Of a stretch of 64,000 bases of DNA, positions 18,368 to 27,875 are shown piece by piece. Origin of the DNA: Candidatus Flemingiibacterium merdigallinarum (GTDB lineage Bacteria > Bacillota > Clostridia > Oscillospirales > CAG-272). The notes beneath the pieces were generated by a model. That model was not told the origin of the DNA, did no database searches, and worked only from the letters and a program-made list of their open reading frames with translations. Position 1 is the stretch's first letter. The number at the start of each line of letters is the position of its first letter. A program made the position numbers and the translations under genes. The stretch lies in assembly GCA_904386005.1 (NCBI GenBank), contig CAJFKR010000001.1:37130-101129 (forward strand). Reading direction: 5' to 3'.

Positions 18368-20035
18368 TCAGGTCTCCGGCGAGCTGTCCAGCGTCCGCGC
18401 CAGCTCGTCGAGCTCGCGCTGCTTGTCGTCGCGCCGCTCGGGCACATATTCGAGCTTCACCGAGTCGCTTGTGAGCGGCGGGTCGGAGAACTCGTTGAGC
18501 GTCTCGAGCAGAGTCGAAAACATACGCGTGATTATAGCCTGTGCCGCCTGATTGTTCGTCCGGATGTGGACATAGCCGTCGGTGTTGACCGTATAGCCCT
18601 TCGCGGTCTCGCGCATGAAGCTGCCGAGCATCGGGTCGCGTTCGGTGCATTTCTGCACAAAGTCCGCCCAATACGGGAGCTGTCGGTACTCTTTCTTGAC
18701 CGGAGCCGCCGGTTCTGCCGGTGACGGCTGCGGCTGCGCCGACTGTGTTGATTGCGGCTGCGACTGGGATAATTGCGATTGCTGCGACTGTGATGACTGT
18801 GTCTGTGATGATTGCGCCGGCGTCGGTTGCGACTGCGACATTGCCGACTGTGCTTGTGCCTGCTGCGGCTTGTCGACCGACAGCGCGCCGGACTTTATTT
18901 TGCTCTCGAGTGCGGCGATGCGCGACAGTACCGCCTCGTTAGTCGGCGAGAAGCGCTCGTCGCACATACGGACAAGTGTCATTTCGGCGATCACCCGCTT
19001 CGATGAGCTCGCGCGGCGCAGCGTTTCGAGCGTCGAGTCGAGCAGCTTGGCGTGGTAGATTATAGTTTCGGTCGAGAAGCGTTCGGCGACGCGGGCGAGC
19101 TCGTTATACTGCCGTTCGGTGAGGTCGAGGTATTCGGCTCCGCCGCGGGTCGTCTTGACGACGAGCATATCGCGCCAGAAGCTGATCATGTCCTGCCAGA
19201 ATACAGTGAGGTCACGGCTTGAGCGGTAGATTTTGTCGATCTCGGCGAATATCGCGTCGTAGTCGCGCGACGCGACGCCCTCGCACAGCCGTATCACCGC
19301 GTCGCGGCCGCCGGTGCCGGCGACCTCCTCGACAAGCTCCTCGTCGATCGGTCGAGCCTCTCCGGCGCAGAGCTCGAGCAGCGATATCGCGTCGCGCATA
19401 CCGCCCTCGGCGAGGTGCGCGATCATGAACGCGGCCTCGTGGTCGAGCTGTATATTCTCGGCGGCGGCGATTGTCTCGAGCCGGCTCGCGATGACGTCGC
19501 TCGATATCCGTCTGAAGTCGAAGCGCTGGCAGCGGGAGAGGATTGTCGCCGGAATCTTATTGAGCTCGGTCGTCGCGAGTATGAATATGACGTGCGGCGG
19601 CGGCTCCTCGAGCGTTTTCAGGAGCGCGTTGAACGCGCTCGGCGTGAGCATATGCACCTCGTCGATTATATAGACCTTATATTTAAGCTCGGCGGGCAGG
19701 TACTCGACCTCGTCGCGTATCGAGCGGATATCGTCGACGCCGTTGTTGCTCGCCGCGTCCATCTCGACAATGTCGATACAGCTCTGCGACTGCGCGGCTT
19801 TGCAGGACGCGCACTCGCCGCAGGGGTCGCCGTTTTGCGGGTTCTCGCAGCTCACGGCGCGGGCGAGGATTTTGGCGCAGGTGGTCTTTCCGGTGCCGCG
19901 GCTGCCGCAGAAGAGGTAGGCGTGCGACGTAGTTTTTGTCATGACCTCGTGGCGCAGCACCGAGGTGATGTGTTCCTGACCGCACACATCGCCGAACGTC
20001 CGCGGTCTCCATTTACGGTAGAGCGCCTGATGCAA
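18368..20035 (-). CDS. dnaX: DNA polymerase III subunit gamma/tau
   Basis: 555 aa. It has Walker A GSRGTGKTT, the zinc module CGECASC and the DEVHML box. The linker is Q/S-rich. GAGGAGGG RBS. Confidence 0.95.
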   Translation of the reverse strand: MHQALYRKWRPRTFGDVCGQEHITSVLRHEVMTKTTSHAYLFCGSRGTGKTTCAKILARAVSCENPQNGDPCGECASCKAAQSQSCIDIVEMDAASNNGVDDIRSIRDEVEYLPAELKYKVYIIDEVHMLTPSAFNALLKTLEEPPPHVIFILATTELNKIPATILSRCQRFDFRRISSDVIASRLETIAAAENIQLDHEAAFMIAHLAEGGMRDAISLLELCAGEARPIDEELVEEVAGTGGRDAVIRLCEGVASRDYDAIFAEIDKIYRSSRDLTVFWQDMISFWRDMLVVKTTRGGAEYLDLTERQYNELARVAERFSTETIIYHAKLLDSTLETLRRASSSKRVIAEMTLVRMCDERFSPTNEAVLSRIAALESKIKSGALSVDKPQQAQAQSAMSQSQPTPAQSSQTQSSQSQQSQLSQSQPQSTQSAQPQPSPAEPAAPVKKEYRQLPYWADFVQKCTERDPMLGSFMRETAKGYTVNTDGYVHIRTNNQAAQAIITRMFSTLLETLNEFSDPPLTSDSVKLEYVPERRDDKQRELDELARTLDSSPET

Positions 20036-20085
20036 GCCGATCCCTCCTCAATAATCTCAAAAAAAACGGACAAGCTATAAAATAA

Positions 20086-20357
20086 GACCATACACCTTCG
20101 ATTTGAGCTGACCCTATGCGCGCTCTCTCCGGCACACGCTCGGGACAGGCAGCCTCGCGGCACATAAAAGTAACCGCTTAATGCTGCTTGGTTCCCCACC
20201 TGACATGGTTCACGGCCTTTCATTGCGCGAGACCCATCCGTCAACACGTATAATCCGGAGCGCAGACCACACAGAATCAGCCCTCGTCGAAGGAATCCAC
20301 CCCTGCTGCAGCGGATTGCAGGTACAAGGCACCGCTAATTCCCCGGCTGGTATGGCC
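20086..20357 (-). ncRNA. ffs: Signal recognition particle RNA, long Bacillus-type (~270 nt)
   Basis: The minus strand contains GGTGCCTTGTACCTGCAATCCGCTGCAGCAGGGG (Alu-domain 5' region) and CCATGTCAGGTGGGGAACCAAGCAGCATTAAGCGG (domain IV; compare E. coli GGUCAGGUCCGGAAGGAAGCAGCC). It sits immediately upstream of dnaX as in Bacillus. A 17-nt inverted repeat (ACAAGCTATAAAATAAG) plus a T-run flank it as a precursor stem/terminator. End coordinates are approximate. Confidence 0.85.
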
Positions 20358-20634
20358 TTATTTTATAGCTTGTCTTGGTTATTTATCGGGACAATCCCCG
20401 ACATCAATATATTATACCAGAAACAGAGACAAAATGCAAGCCCTTTAGAAAAAAATCTTTCCTAATGAAAAAAATTAACAGTATCACGCGGGCGCGGAGT
20501 GCCCGCGCGCTTGGAGTCAGGGCGGGCAGACCGCGAATGCGGCGGCGTTCCCGCGCGATAACGATTTGTCCGCCGGCTCACGCGGTCGTTTTCGCCGCGC
20601 CGGATAAGTCCGCGCCCGCGGCAAGCCTTTCGTA

Positions 20635-23361
20635 TCATGCCGCGGGCATATTCATCCGCGTTTTTATGACGGCGACTGTTATAAACAGCGCGAGCGAGGC
20701 AAGTGAAATCGCCGCGCCCAGTATAAAGCCGGGCGGGGTGTAGGTTATAGTCAGGCTGTCAACATCCCGCGGCAGTTCAATCAGCGTGAGCGCGTCGAGC
20801 GCCTCGCGCACCGAGCCGGAGGGGAGCGCGTTTCCATCCGCGCTGATATGGAGCCCGTCGCTGTAGGGCAGAGTGAGCAGCAGGCGGCGGATATTCGGGT
20901 CGGATATCGACACTGTCAGCGTCGAGCCGGAGAGAGTGGTGCGCGCTCCGCCGAGCTTTTCGACCGCCGAGCTGAGCGCGTCGAGATTCTCGCTTCGGAT
21001 GTGCAGCCGGTCGATTTCGATTTCATAATCCGATTCGAGCAGGAGTGTGACTCGCTCGCCGTCCTCACAGTATCCGAGCGGGATCACGCCCTGCGTGTAG
21101 CCGTCGAAAACGCTGCCGCGCGCCTCGCCGTTTACAGTGAGGCGCACATATTGCAGCCGCGGCAGCTCGGCGTACATTACGACCGGACGGCCGTTTCCGA
21201 CGAAGTTTACCTCGATTCGGTTCGTACCCGCGTCGATTTCATACTCGACCGGCTCGAAGATTTCAGAATCGCAGCCGAGCAGCGCCGAGTAGAGCGACTC
21301 GACATTGTCGAGCGGGATTCCGGTCAATGACAGCTCATCGAGCTTGTCCGACCACACCGGTATCGCGAGGTCGAGCGCGGCTCGGTTCTCGTACACGCCG
21401 TCGACCGTGTAAGCCAGCAGCTCGCCGTCGGCTCTTATGCAGTCGTCGCCGACAAGATAGCGTATGCCGAGCAGGCTGTCAGCCGCGAGCGAGCCGCCGC
21501 CGTTGTAGCTGACATACGCGCGGTCAGCCGGAAAGCCGAGTCGCTGCAGGAATACCGCGTCGGACAGCTTCATTGACGACGAGTAGTGGCTGACACTATT
21601 GTAGCCGAGCAGCAGCGAGTCGTTGAAGCTGCGCGGCTCGAGCAGCTCGCAGCGGTAGAAGCCGCCGTCGGACAGATGGTCGGCGGCGTCAAGGCGGGCG
21701 GCGTTCGTGTCTACGAACTCGCGATAGGCGGCGGCGCTCGAAGCGTCGCCGTAGCAGCCCGCGACGCTGTCAAGCGTGAGCGCGGCGCTGAATACGAGCT
21801 CGCCGCAGAGCAGCAGCGACACGGCGAGTCGGGCGATAACGCCGGATTTACGAGCGACGCCGTTTTTGTGAGCGCCGGATATGCCGGACAGGAACAATGA
21901 ATACAGGGCTATGAGCAAGAAATTCAGGATGATAATCGGCTTTGTGAATCTACCGTCTCCTGCGAGTGTGAGCGACGCTCCGGAGAAGCATAATATCGCG
22001 GCGATGACTGCCGGTCTCATGTCCGAGCGCTCGAGCCGGTTTCGCGCGGTGATTATCAGGCTGAACGAAAGCAAAAACGAGTAGCGGTAGCCGAACCAGG
22101 TCGGCGGGTTGAACAGGTGCCAAGCGAGGTTGAGCGGCGCGACAAAGCAGCTCGCGACGAGGGCACCGAGCAGCAGTATATGCGCGACCCGCTCACGCAG
22201 CGGCGCGGTGCGGTCGAACAAATAGGCGAGCGCGAGTATCGCGACTCCGACGCCGCAGTATATATTCGGCAGCCCCGCGGCGTAGTCGGCGGCGTTCGCG
22301 GAGCCGACAAACAGTCGACTGAAAAGCTCGTCCAGCCGGAAGCTCTTATCGAAGCCGATCAGAATATAGAAGTGCGCGCCGGTCGCGCAGAGCGCGGCGG
22401 CGAGGAGCAGTGTGCGCGGGATTCGCGCGGGGATATTTCGGCGGGCGGAGCCGTCGGTAGACGGGATATTGTCGGCAGCCGATCGCGCTGACCCGAGCGG
22501 TGCGGAATCTGAACTGAGTGTCATGGAATCTGACCCGCGTGGTGCGGAATCTGACCCGCGTGGTGCTGACATCGTGCTGAGCGTCGTGGAATCTGACCCG
22601 AGCGTCGCGGGCATCGCGACGCTCGAACCGGTGCGCGAGTATATGTCCCACAGAAATATCGCCGCGGCGGCGGACACAATCAGCAGGTACATCCGCACAT
22701 ATTCGGGCGACATAAGGTCGGGCGGCTCGACCTTGCCGCCGCTCATAGACAGCCCGACCGGAATCAGCAGGACCGCGTTCAGCCCTCCGGCGACAAGCGA
22801 CGATATCGCGAAGCGTATACACGAGGTCGCAAGCATTCGCGCCGGATGTGTTTCGCGCAGCAGCGCGTACAGGAAGTATACCACACTGAATATGCACAGC
22901 ATATAGCCGATGTAGTAATTACAGAATATCGCTCCGGCGAGCGAGAGTATATACAGCAGGAATTTCCCCCTATATATCAGCCGCTCGATTCCGAGCGATA
23001 TCAATGGCAGCAGCACCAGCGCGTCGAGCCACATTATATTTATCGAATACAGTGTGAAATACGCCGAGAAGCTCCAGGCGAGCGACAGCGCGAGGTTTGC
23101 CGCGCCGTTTGTGCCTCTCGCCGACAGGTAGTATGACATCGTGAGCGCGGCGAGCGACAGCTTTAGTATATACAGCACCGACACTGCCTCGGGCAGATAT
23201 TCAAGCGGGAACAGCAGAAATATCAGATTGAGCGGACTCGCGAGGTAGTAAGCCGCGAGCGAATAGATATCTCCGCCGATTGATTTGTGCAGGCTGTAGA
23301 ACAGTCCGTCCGACAGCAGCGACTTCACGTCTCCGAAAAAGCAGGAGTACTGACTGTACAT
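20635..23361 (-). CDS. yfhO: YfhO-family polytopic membrane glycosyltransferase (true start probably upstream, about 23505)
   Basis: 908-aa ORF with many TM helices and the N-terminal region SDMYSQY...LAAYYLASPLNL typical of YfhO. The in-frame upstream sequence encodes the expected first TM helix but contains no ATG/GTG/TTG (see findings). A low-complexity SAPRGSDS loop is inserted. Confidence 0.8.
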   Translation of the reverse strand: MYSQYSCFFGDVKSLLSDGLFYSLHKSIGGDIYSLAAYYLASPLNLIFLLFPLEYLPEAVSVLYILKLSLAALTMSYYLSARGTNGAANLALSLAWSFSAYFTLYSINIMWLDALVLLPLISLGIERLIYRGKFLLYILSLAGAIFCNYYIGYMLCIFSVVYFLYALLRETHPARMLATSCIRFAISSLVAGGLNAVLLIPVGLSMSGGKVEPPDLMSPEYVRMYLLIVSAAAAIFLWDIYSRTGSSVAMPATLGSDSTTLSTMSAPRGSDSAPRGSDSMTLSSDSAPLGSARSAADNIPSTDGSARRNIPARIPRTLLLAAALCATGAHFYILIGFDKSFRLDELFSRLFVGSANAADYAAGLPNIYCGVGVAILALAYLFDRTAPLRERVAHILLLGALVASCFVAPLNLAWHLFNPPTWFGYRYSFLLSFSLIITARNRLERSDMRPAVIAAILCFSGASLTLAGDGRFTKPIIILNFLLIALYSLFLSGISGAHKNGVARKSGVIARLAVSLLLCGELVFSAALTLDSVAGCYGDASSAAAYREFVDTNAARLDAADHLSDGGFYRCELLEPRSFNDSLLLGYNSVSHYSSSMKLSDAVFLQRLGFPADRAYVSYNGGGSLAADSLLGIRYLVGDDCIRADGELLAYTVDGVYENRAALDLAIPVWSDKLDELSLTGIPLDNVESLYSALLGCDSEIFEPVEYEIDAGTNRIEVNFVGNGRPVVMYAELPRLQYVRLTVNGEARGSVFDGYTQGVIPLGYCEDGERVTLLLESDYEIEIDRLHIRSENLDALSSAVEKLGGARTTLSGSTLTVSISDPNIRRLLLTLPYSDGLHISADGNALPSGSVREALDALTLIELPRDVDSLTITYTPPGFILGAAISLASLALFITVAVIKTRMNMPAA

Positions 23362-23645
23362 ATCGCTGACGAGCAGCGTGTCGTCTCCGAAAGGCGCGAT
23401 TCCGAGCAGCGCGAATATCGCGGTCGCGGCCGCGAGCGCGGCAAAAAAGGCTGCGAGGTGGGGGATCAGATGGGATTTTCTGTCTATAAACGAGGGTTTT
23501 ATGATTCTGTTCGCTCCTTTATTCAGGATTCGCCGATAATCGAATTGGTTCAGAGCTGCTGATAATCGACGTCGGTCTTATGGACTTACGACAACTAATG
23601 TCGGCGACAATCAATGTCGGCGGCAATCGACGTCGGGTTAGCGGT

Positions 23646-24656
23646 TTACTTGCGATTGTCCTTGGCGTCGCGGTCTCTCACATAATAAAACAGATACTGC
23701 TGCGCGATTCCGGCGTAGCGGCCGAGTCGGGTTATATCGAGCCCCTGCGGGTAGTATTCGGCGAGGACTCGCTTGATCCATACGTCGATCGGGAACGCGT
23801 CGGTCTTGCCGAACGCGAACAGCAGCGCGCAGTTCGCGACCTTAGGACCTATGCCCTTGACCTCGCAGAGCAGCTCGCGCGCGTCGTCGGTGGGCGCGGC
23901 GAAGATGCGATTATAGTCGAGTCTGCCGTCGGCGGCGCGTGACGCGGCGTCGTATATGTATTTTGCGCGGAAGCCCAACTTGAGCTTCGCGAGCCCGTCC
24001 TCGCCGAGCCGGCAGAGCGACTCGGGTGTGGGGAAGGAGTAGCGCGCCGGCTCGGGTATATACACGGTCTGCGGAGTCGCCGCAGGTTCGGGAACCGACG
24101 CGTCCGATGGGAGTGCCGCCGGCTCGCCGCACTCGCGTGACAGCGCGGAAATCAGTCCTTTGATGCGCGGGATGTTGTTGTTCTGCGAGATTATGAACGA
24201 GCAGACTGTCTCCCACGGATCCTGATTGAGTATGCGTATACCCGAGCCGCATTCCATCGCGTCGGCTATGACCTGATCGTACCCGCCGCAAGCGGCGGCG
24301 AATCCGGCAGCGATGTCGGCGCGCACCGCGGCGTAGTCGGTGTCGAGCGAGAGGTAGTGCCGCCAGAGCCGCTCATATTCGTCCGGCGTAGTATTGTATA
24401 TGATCAGCCGGTCGGGCGACTCCTGTCCGAATCGGACATATTTGCCGTGAGCGACCCCCTCGAACTCGAGCGGCGCGGTCAGCGCGCGCGCACTCTCGAC
24501 CGGCTCAAATCGAAAGCACTGCCCGCAGTCGAAGATCTGCTCGATACGGAAATATTCGAGTCCGGTGAGCTCGACGCAGGGCACCGAGCCGAGCGTGAAG
24601 CTGCGGGATACGTGAGTGTGTTTGTATTCAGTATGTGTGGTTTGTGCGCTTGTCAT
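23646..24656 (-). CDS. ogg: 8-oxoguanine DNA glycosylase/AP lyase (Ogg, HhH-GPD family)
   Basis: The HhH-GPD motif is VKGIGPKVANCALLFAFGKTDAFPIDVWIKR, with the catalytic Lys and Asp positions conserved. There is an OGG_N-like N-terminus (IFDCGQCFRFEP). The start is moved to the ATG at 24656 (MTSAQTT). Confidence 0.75.
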   Translation of the reverse strand: MTSAQTTHTEYKHTHVSRSFTLGSVPCVELTGLEYFRIEQIFDCGQCFRFEPVESARALTAPLEFEGVAHGKYVRFGQESPDRLIIYNTTPDEYERLWRHYLSLDTDYAAVRADIAAGFAAACGGYDQVIADAMECGSGIRILNQDPWETVCSFIISQNNNIPRIKGLISALSRECGEPAALPSDASVPEPAATPQTVYIPEPARYSFPTPESLCRLGEDGLAKLKLGFRAKYIYDAASRAADGRLDYNRIFAAPTDDARELLCEVKGIGPKVANCALLFAFGKTDAFPIDVWIKRVLAEYYPQGLDITRLGRYAGIAQQYLFYYVRDRDAKDNRK

Positions 24657-24808
24657 GTCACTTGACCTCTCACAAATTTTAATTTTGTATGTACAATGCC
24701 TTATAGCACTTGCTTTATTTCTATTATAAAGGTATAATATTAATAAATCAAGCATTCAGCCGGATTAGTCGGCTGAATCACGATTACTTGATGAAAGGTT
24801 AATGCTTC

Positions 24809-25543
24809 ATGGAAAAAATATATACGATACCGGTCAATGAAGCCTTCGAAGCTTCGGCGGCCGATCCGGCGTGCGGCTGTCCGTTCTGCACGCTCTATTC
24901 GAAGCTCGAGGAAAACGAGCTCGATTTGATACTCGGCGCGTCGATGATGGAGCCGGATGTGCGAATCAAGACGAACGAGCTGGGCTTCTGCAAGACGCAC
25001 TACGACATGATGTTCACGCGCAAGAATCGGTTAGGGTTAGCGCTGATGCTCGAAAGCCACCTAAACGAGCTGCGCCGCGAGGTGGACTCGGGCGGGCTTT
25101 CGCTGATGAAGTCGCCCGGCACCGACCAGATGAAGCGGCTCGAGCGGCTCGAGCACGACTGTTATGTCTGCGGCAGGATTGAGTTTTCGCTTAGCAAGAT
25201 GTTCGAGACGGCGGTACTATTATGGGAGCGCGACCCCGAGTTCAGAAAGAAGTTGAGCGCGCAGCCATACATTTGTCTTGTACACTATCGGAAGTACATT
25301 GAGTTCGGCCGGCGCGCCCTACCGAAGAAGCTCTTTTCCGAATTCTACCGCGAGGTTTCGGGCGTTGTGCTGTCCTACTTCGACACGCTGCGCGAGGATG
25401 TGAGCTGGTTCTGCAAGAAATTCGACTACCGCTACAACGACGAGCCCTGGTACAACTCCAAGGACGCGGTAGAAAGAGCTATAAAATTCCTCTCTGGCGG
25501 CGGGGACACCCCCGCGGGCGGCGGGGACGCCCCGCGGCAATAG
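24809..25543 (+). CDS. Cys-rich hypothetical protein (resembles DUF6062 family)
   Basis: 244 aa. It begins MEKIYTIPVNEAF..CGCPFC and continues with GFCKTHY and CYVCGRIE, giving a putative Zn-binding pattern. The last 15 codons are encoded by the adjacent GC-rich repeat. Confidence 0.55.
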   Translation: MEKIYTIPVNEAFEASAADPACGCPFCTLYSKLEENELDLILGASMMEPDVRIKTNELGFCKTHYDMMFTRKNRLGLALMLESHLNELRREVDSGGLSLMKSPGTDQMKRLERLEHDCYVCGRIEFSLSKMFETAVLLWERDPEFRKKLSAQPYICLVHYRKYIEFGRRALPKKLFSEFYREVSGVVLSYFDTLREDVSWFCKKFDYRYNDEPWYNSKDAVERAIKFLSGGGDTPAGGGDAPRQ

Positions 25544-25890
25544 TCAAGGGATAGTATCTGCGAGACCGACGCTGGGCAAAATCATTTGTGGTCGAATTGA
25601 GACGCGCAGCGTCTCAATTCGAGACTGCGGCGGGGACGCCCCCGCGGGCAGAGTCAAGGGCGGGGACGCCCCCGCGGGCGGAGTCAAGGGATAGTTTCTG
25701 CGGGGTGAAAGCGAGCGGAATCATTCGTGGTCGAATAAACTCGCGCAGCGAGTTTATTCGAGAGTGCGGGCAGAGTCAAGGGCGGGGACGCCCCCGCGGG
25801 CAGAGTCAAGGAATAGATTCTGCGGGGCTAAAGCGAGTAGAATCATTTATGGTCGAATAAACTCGCGCAGCGAGTTTATTCGAGACTGCG
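25499..25890 (+). repeat. Tandem structured repeat (family G), three units of ~125-140 bp
   Basis: Each unit has three parts. First, 1-2 copies of GCGGGGACGCCCCCGCGGGCAGAGTCAAGG. Second, GATAGTTTCTGCGGGG..AAAGCGAG..GAATCATT.GTGG. Third, TCGAA-stem-GCA-stem-TTCGAGA.TGCG. See findings for the compensated stem changes. Confidence 0.9.
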
Positions 25891-26032
25891 CATATTTTTC
25901 GAAGATAACATATCTCGTCGGTTGCCGCATCATCACATATACGGCGCGGTCTGCTTTCATATTGAAAGCAGACCGCTTCGTTTTGCGCTCGGGAGCATAT
26001 ATCGCCCTCGGGGTGATTCATTTCTCGTGCCG

Positions 26033-27538
26033 TCATTCAAGTCCGATATGGGCTTCGATTATGCTGTTGTAATATTCAATAGCAGCCGCCTCGCGCGCCT
26101 GGTAGTAGGACGCGAAGTCGGTCGAATTCTGCTTCATCAGATTGGTCAGCGACCATTGCATTCCGGTAGGACCCTCGTATACATAGCCGAAATTCTGCGT
26201 TCTGCCGCCGAGTATCAGGTCGAGCATCTGCACTGACATCTCGTCGCGCGAGTATTTTCCGCTGAGCACTATGTCGTACATGGCCGGCACGCAGGTTCGG
26301 TAGGACTCGGCGTTCAGGCATTCGACAATGACTCCGGTGCGTTCAAGGTCGCTCACCGTCACCGGCACGCACATCAGCGGAGCGTGGCCGTCCACGTGCG
26401 TATAATATCCGTCCTGCGCCTCGTCGTATTTCGGGAACGGGATTATTCCGAAATCCTCCTCCATCGCGCGCAGCTGGTCTATTACATATATACGCAGTGC
26501 GGCGATGAGCGCCTTGCCCTCGCTGAACAGATTCGCGACCGCGTCGTCGTGGCTTATGCCGAGTCCGGCGGTGTAGCTGTCGGTGACGACATAGGTCTGG
26601 TTGTCAGAATGGAGTATCTGGTCGACTTTTTCGACTATCGACACCATACGCTCGGTGTTGAGCGACAGCTCGGGCAGACCGTCGCTATTTGTACTCGTGA
26701 CCTTCTGGTTGAGCGCGAACATCCAGTTGACAATAGCCGAATTGTCGTGCGTGACGAATCCGTATCGGTCGTTGTCGTCAAACTGACCGTCGCCGTTGAG
26801 GTCTTCCGACGCTGTTTTCAGAAGACTGTTGAAATAGTCGACCGTCCACTTGCCGTCGATGACCGTCTCATATATGCCGTCGATACCGAAGTCTTCAGCG
26901 AGCCGCATATTATAGACCATCGCCCACGCGTAGTCGATTGCCGAAATGCAGAGGTCGCCGACCGCGAGATAAAGTTGTCCGTCGATAGTCAGCTCGTCGG
27001 CTACGCTTTTGTTCCACCAAGGCTTGTCGAAGTCGACATATTCGAGCGAGTACCAGTTATGAAAGAGCCCGTCGGCGGCGAGCCGTCCGGCTTCGATCGT
27101 ATGCACGAGCGCGAGGTCGACGTAATCGTCGCCCGCCATTATGCTCTGGCGAAGCAACGCGGGCGGATTGCTCTCGGGCTCCTCCGACTCGTAGACCGGT
27201 TCGATTTTGATATTCAGTCGTTCCTCGACGTTGATATTGCGGCGATAGACCGCGTCGTTGATAGTCTCGCCGTTTTCGGTGTCGGCCGATAGCTCCTTGC
27301 GATGGTGGTCGGCGTCGCGGGACTGTATACGGAATACATATCCGTCGTAGTCGACGTTCTCGGGGACTTCTTCGCGTATGGCTTCGCGCTCGTCGGTTTC
27401 GGCTGACGATACCGGGGCGGCTTGAGTCGTTGTCTCGTGCGACTCCTCCTGCGACGCGCAGGACGAGGCTGCGGCGAGCTGTACCATTGCCAGCAGGAGC
27501 GCGGCTGTACGGGTGACGTGTGAAAAACGCAGTTTCAT
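26033..27538 (-). CDS. Extracellular solute-binding lipoprotein, LplA-type (paralog 1)
   Basis: 501 aa with the lipobox LAAASSC. The motifs NDAVYRRN, DKPWWNK, DLNGDGQFDDNDRYG and DFGIIPFPKYDE are shared with the four paralogs. Confidence 0.85.
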   Translation of the reverse strand: MKLRFSHVTRTAALLLAMVQLAAASSCASQEESHETTTQAAPVSSAETDEREAIREEVPENVDYDGYVFRIQSRDADHHRKELSADTENGETINDAVYRRNINVEERLNIKIEPVYESEEPESNPPALLRQSIMAGDDYVDLALVHTIEAGRLAADGLFHNWYSLEYVDFDKPWWNKSVADELTIDGQLYLAVGDLCISAIDYAWAMVYNMRLAEDFGIDGIYETVIDGKWTVDYFNSLLKTASEDLNGDGQFDDNDRYGFVTHDNSAIVNWMFALNQKVTSTNSDGLPELSLNTERMVSIVEKVDQILHSDNQTYVVTDSYTAGLGISHDDAVANLFSEGKALIAALRIYVIDQLRAMEEDFGIIPFPKYDEAQDGYYTHVDGHAPLMCVPVTVSDLERTGVIVECLNAESYRTCVPAMYDIVLSGKYSRDEMSVQMLDLILGGRTQNFGYVYEGPTGMQWSLTNLMKQNSTDFASYYQAREAAAIEYYNSIIEAHIGLE

Positions 27539-27711
27539 GTTCTATCCTCGCTTATATTATTAATGGCAATCTTATTTTACCACATCCGACGCAAATATGC
27601 AAGCGTGTTTTCGATTTATACTTGTATAAAATGAGTAAATATAGCCGTGACGAGCTGCTTTAGGCAGCTGCGAATAAATATTCACATACATACTGTCACA
27701 AAATTTATAAT

Positions 27712-27762
27712 AATTATTCAAATCCACTTGACATAGCAGCCCTGATGTGAGATAATATATAT
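27712..27762 (+). promoter_or_regulatory. Sigma-A-type promoter cassette (TTGACA-N17-TGAGATAAT) upstream of SBP paralog 2
   Basis: AATTATTCAAATCCACTTGACA-N17-GATAATATATATA, with -35 at 27728-27733 and -10 at 27751-27756. The same cassette recurs at 29822-29872. Confidence 0.5.
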
Positions 27763-27875
27763 AAACAAAATAGCTCTCACGGAACTAAGGTCGCAATTTT
27801 ATTCGATATTGACAACAGCCGGCACATCGCGTGCTCGAGGTTTTCCGACGAGGGTATAAAGAAAGGATGATCTTG

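Noticed and set aside
20068-20378. 17-nt inverted repeat (ACAAGCTATAAAATAAG) flanking the SRP RNA, considered as MITE termini
   Set aside because: The enclosed sequence is a recognisable SRP RNA in its canonical position upstream of dnaX. The 3' arm is followed by a T-run. The repeat is better explained as a precursor or terminator stem.
25499-25890. Possible CRISPR array (regular GC-rich 30-mers)
   Set aside because: The units are contiguous ~125-140 bp tandem repeats with no unique spacers. The 30-mer sometimes occurs twice back to back. No cas genes or leader are present in the window.
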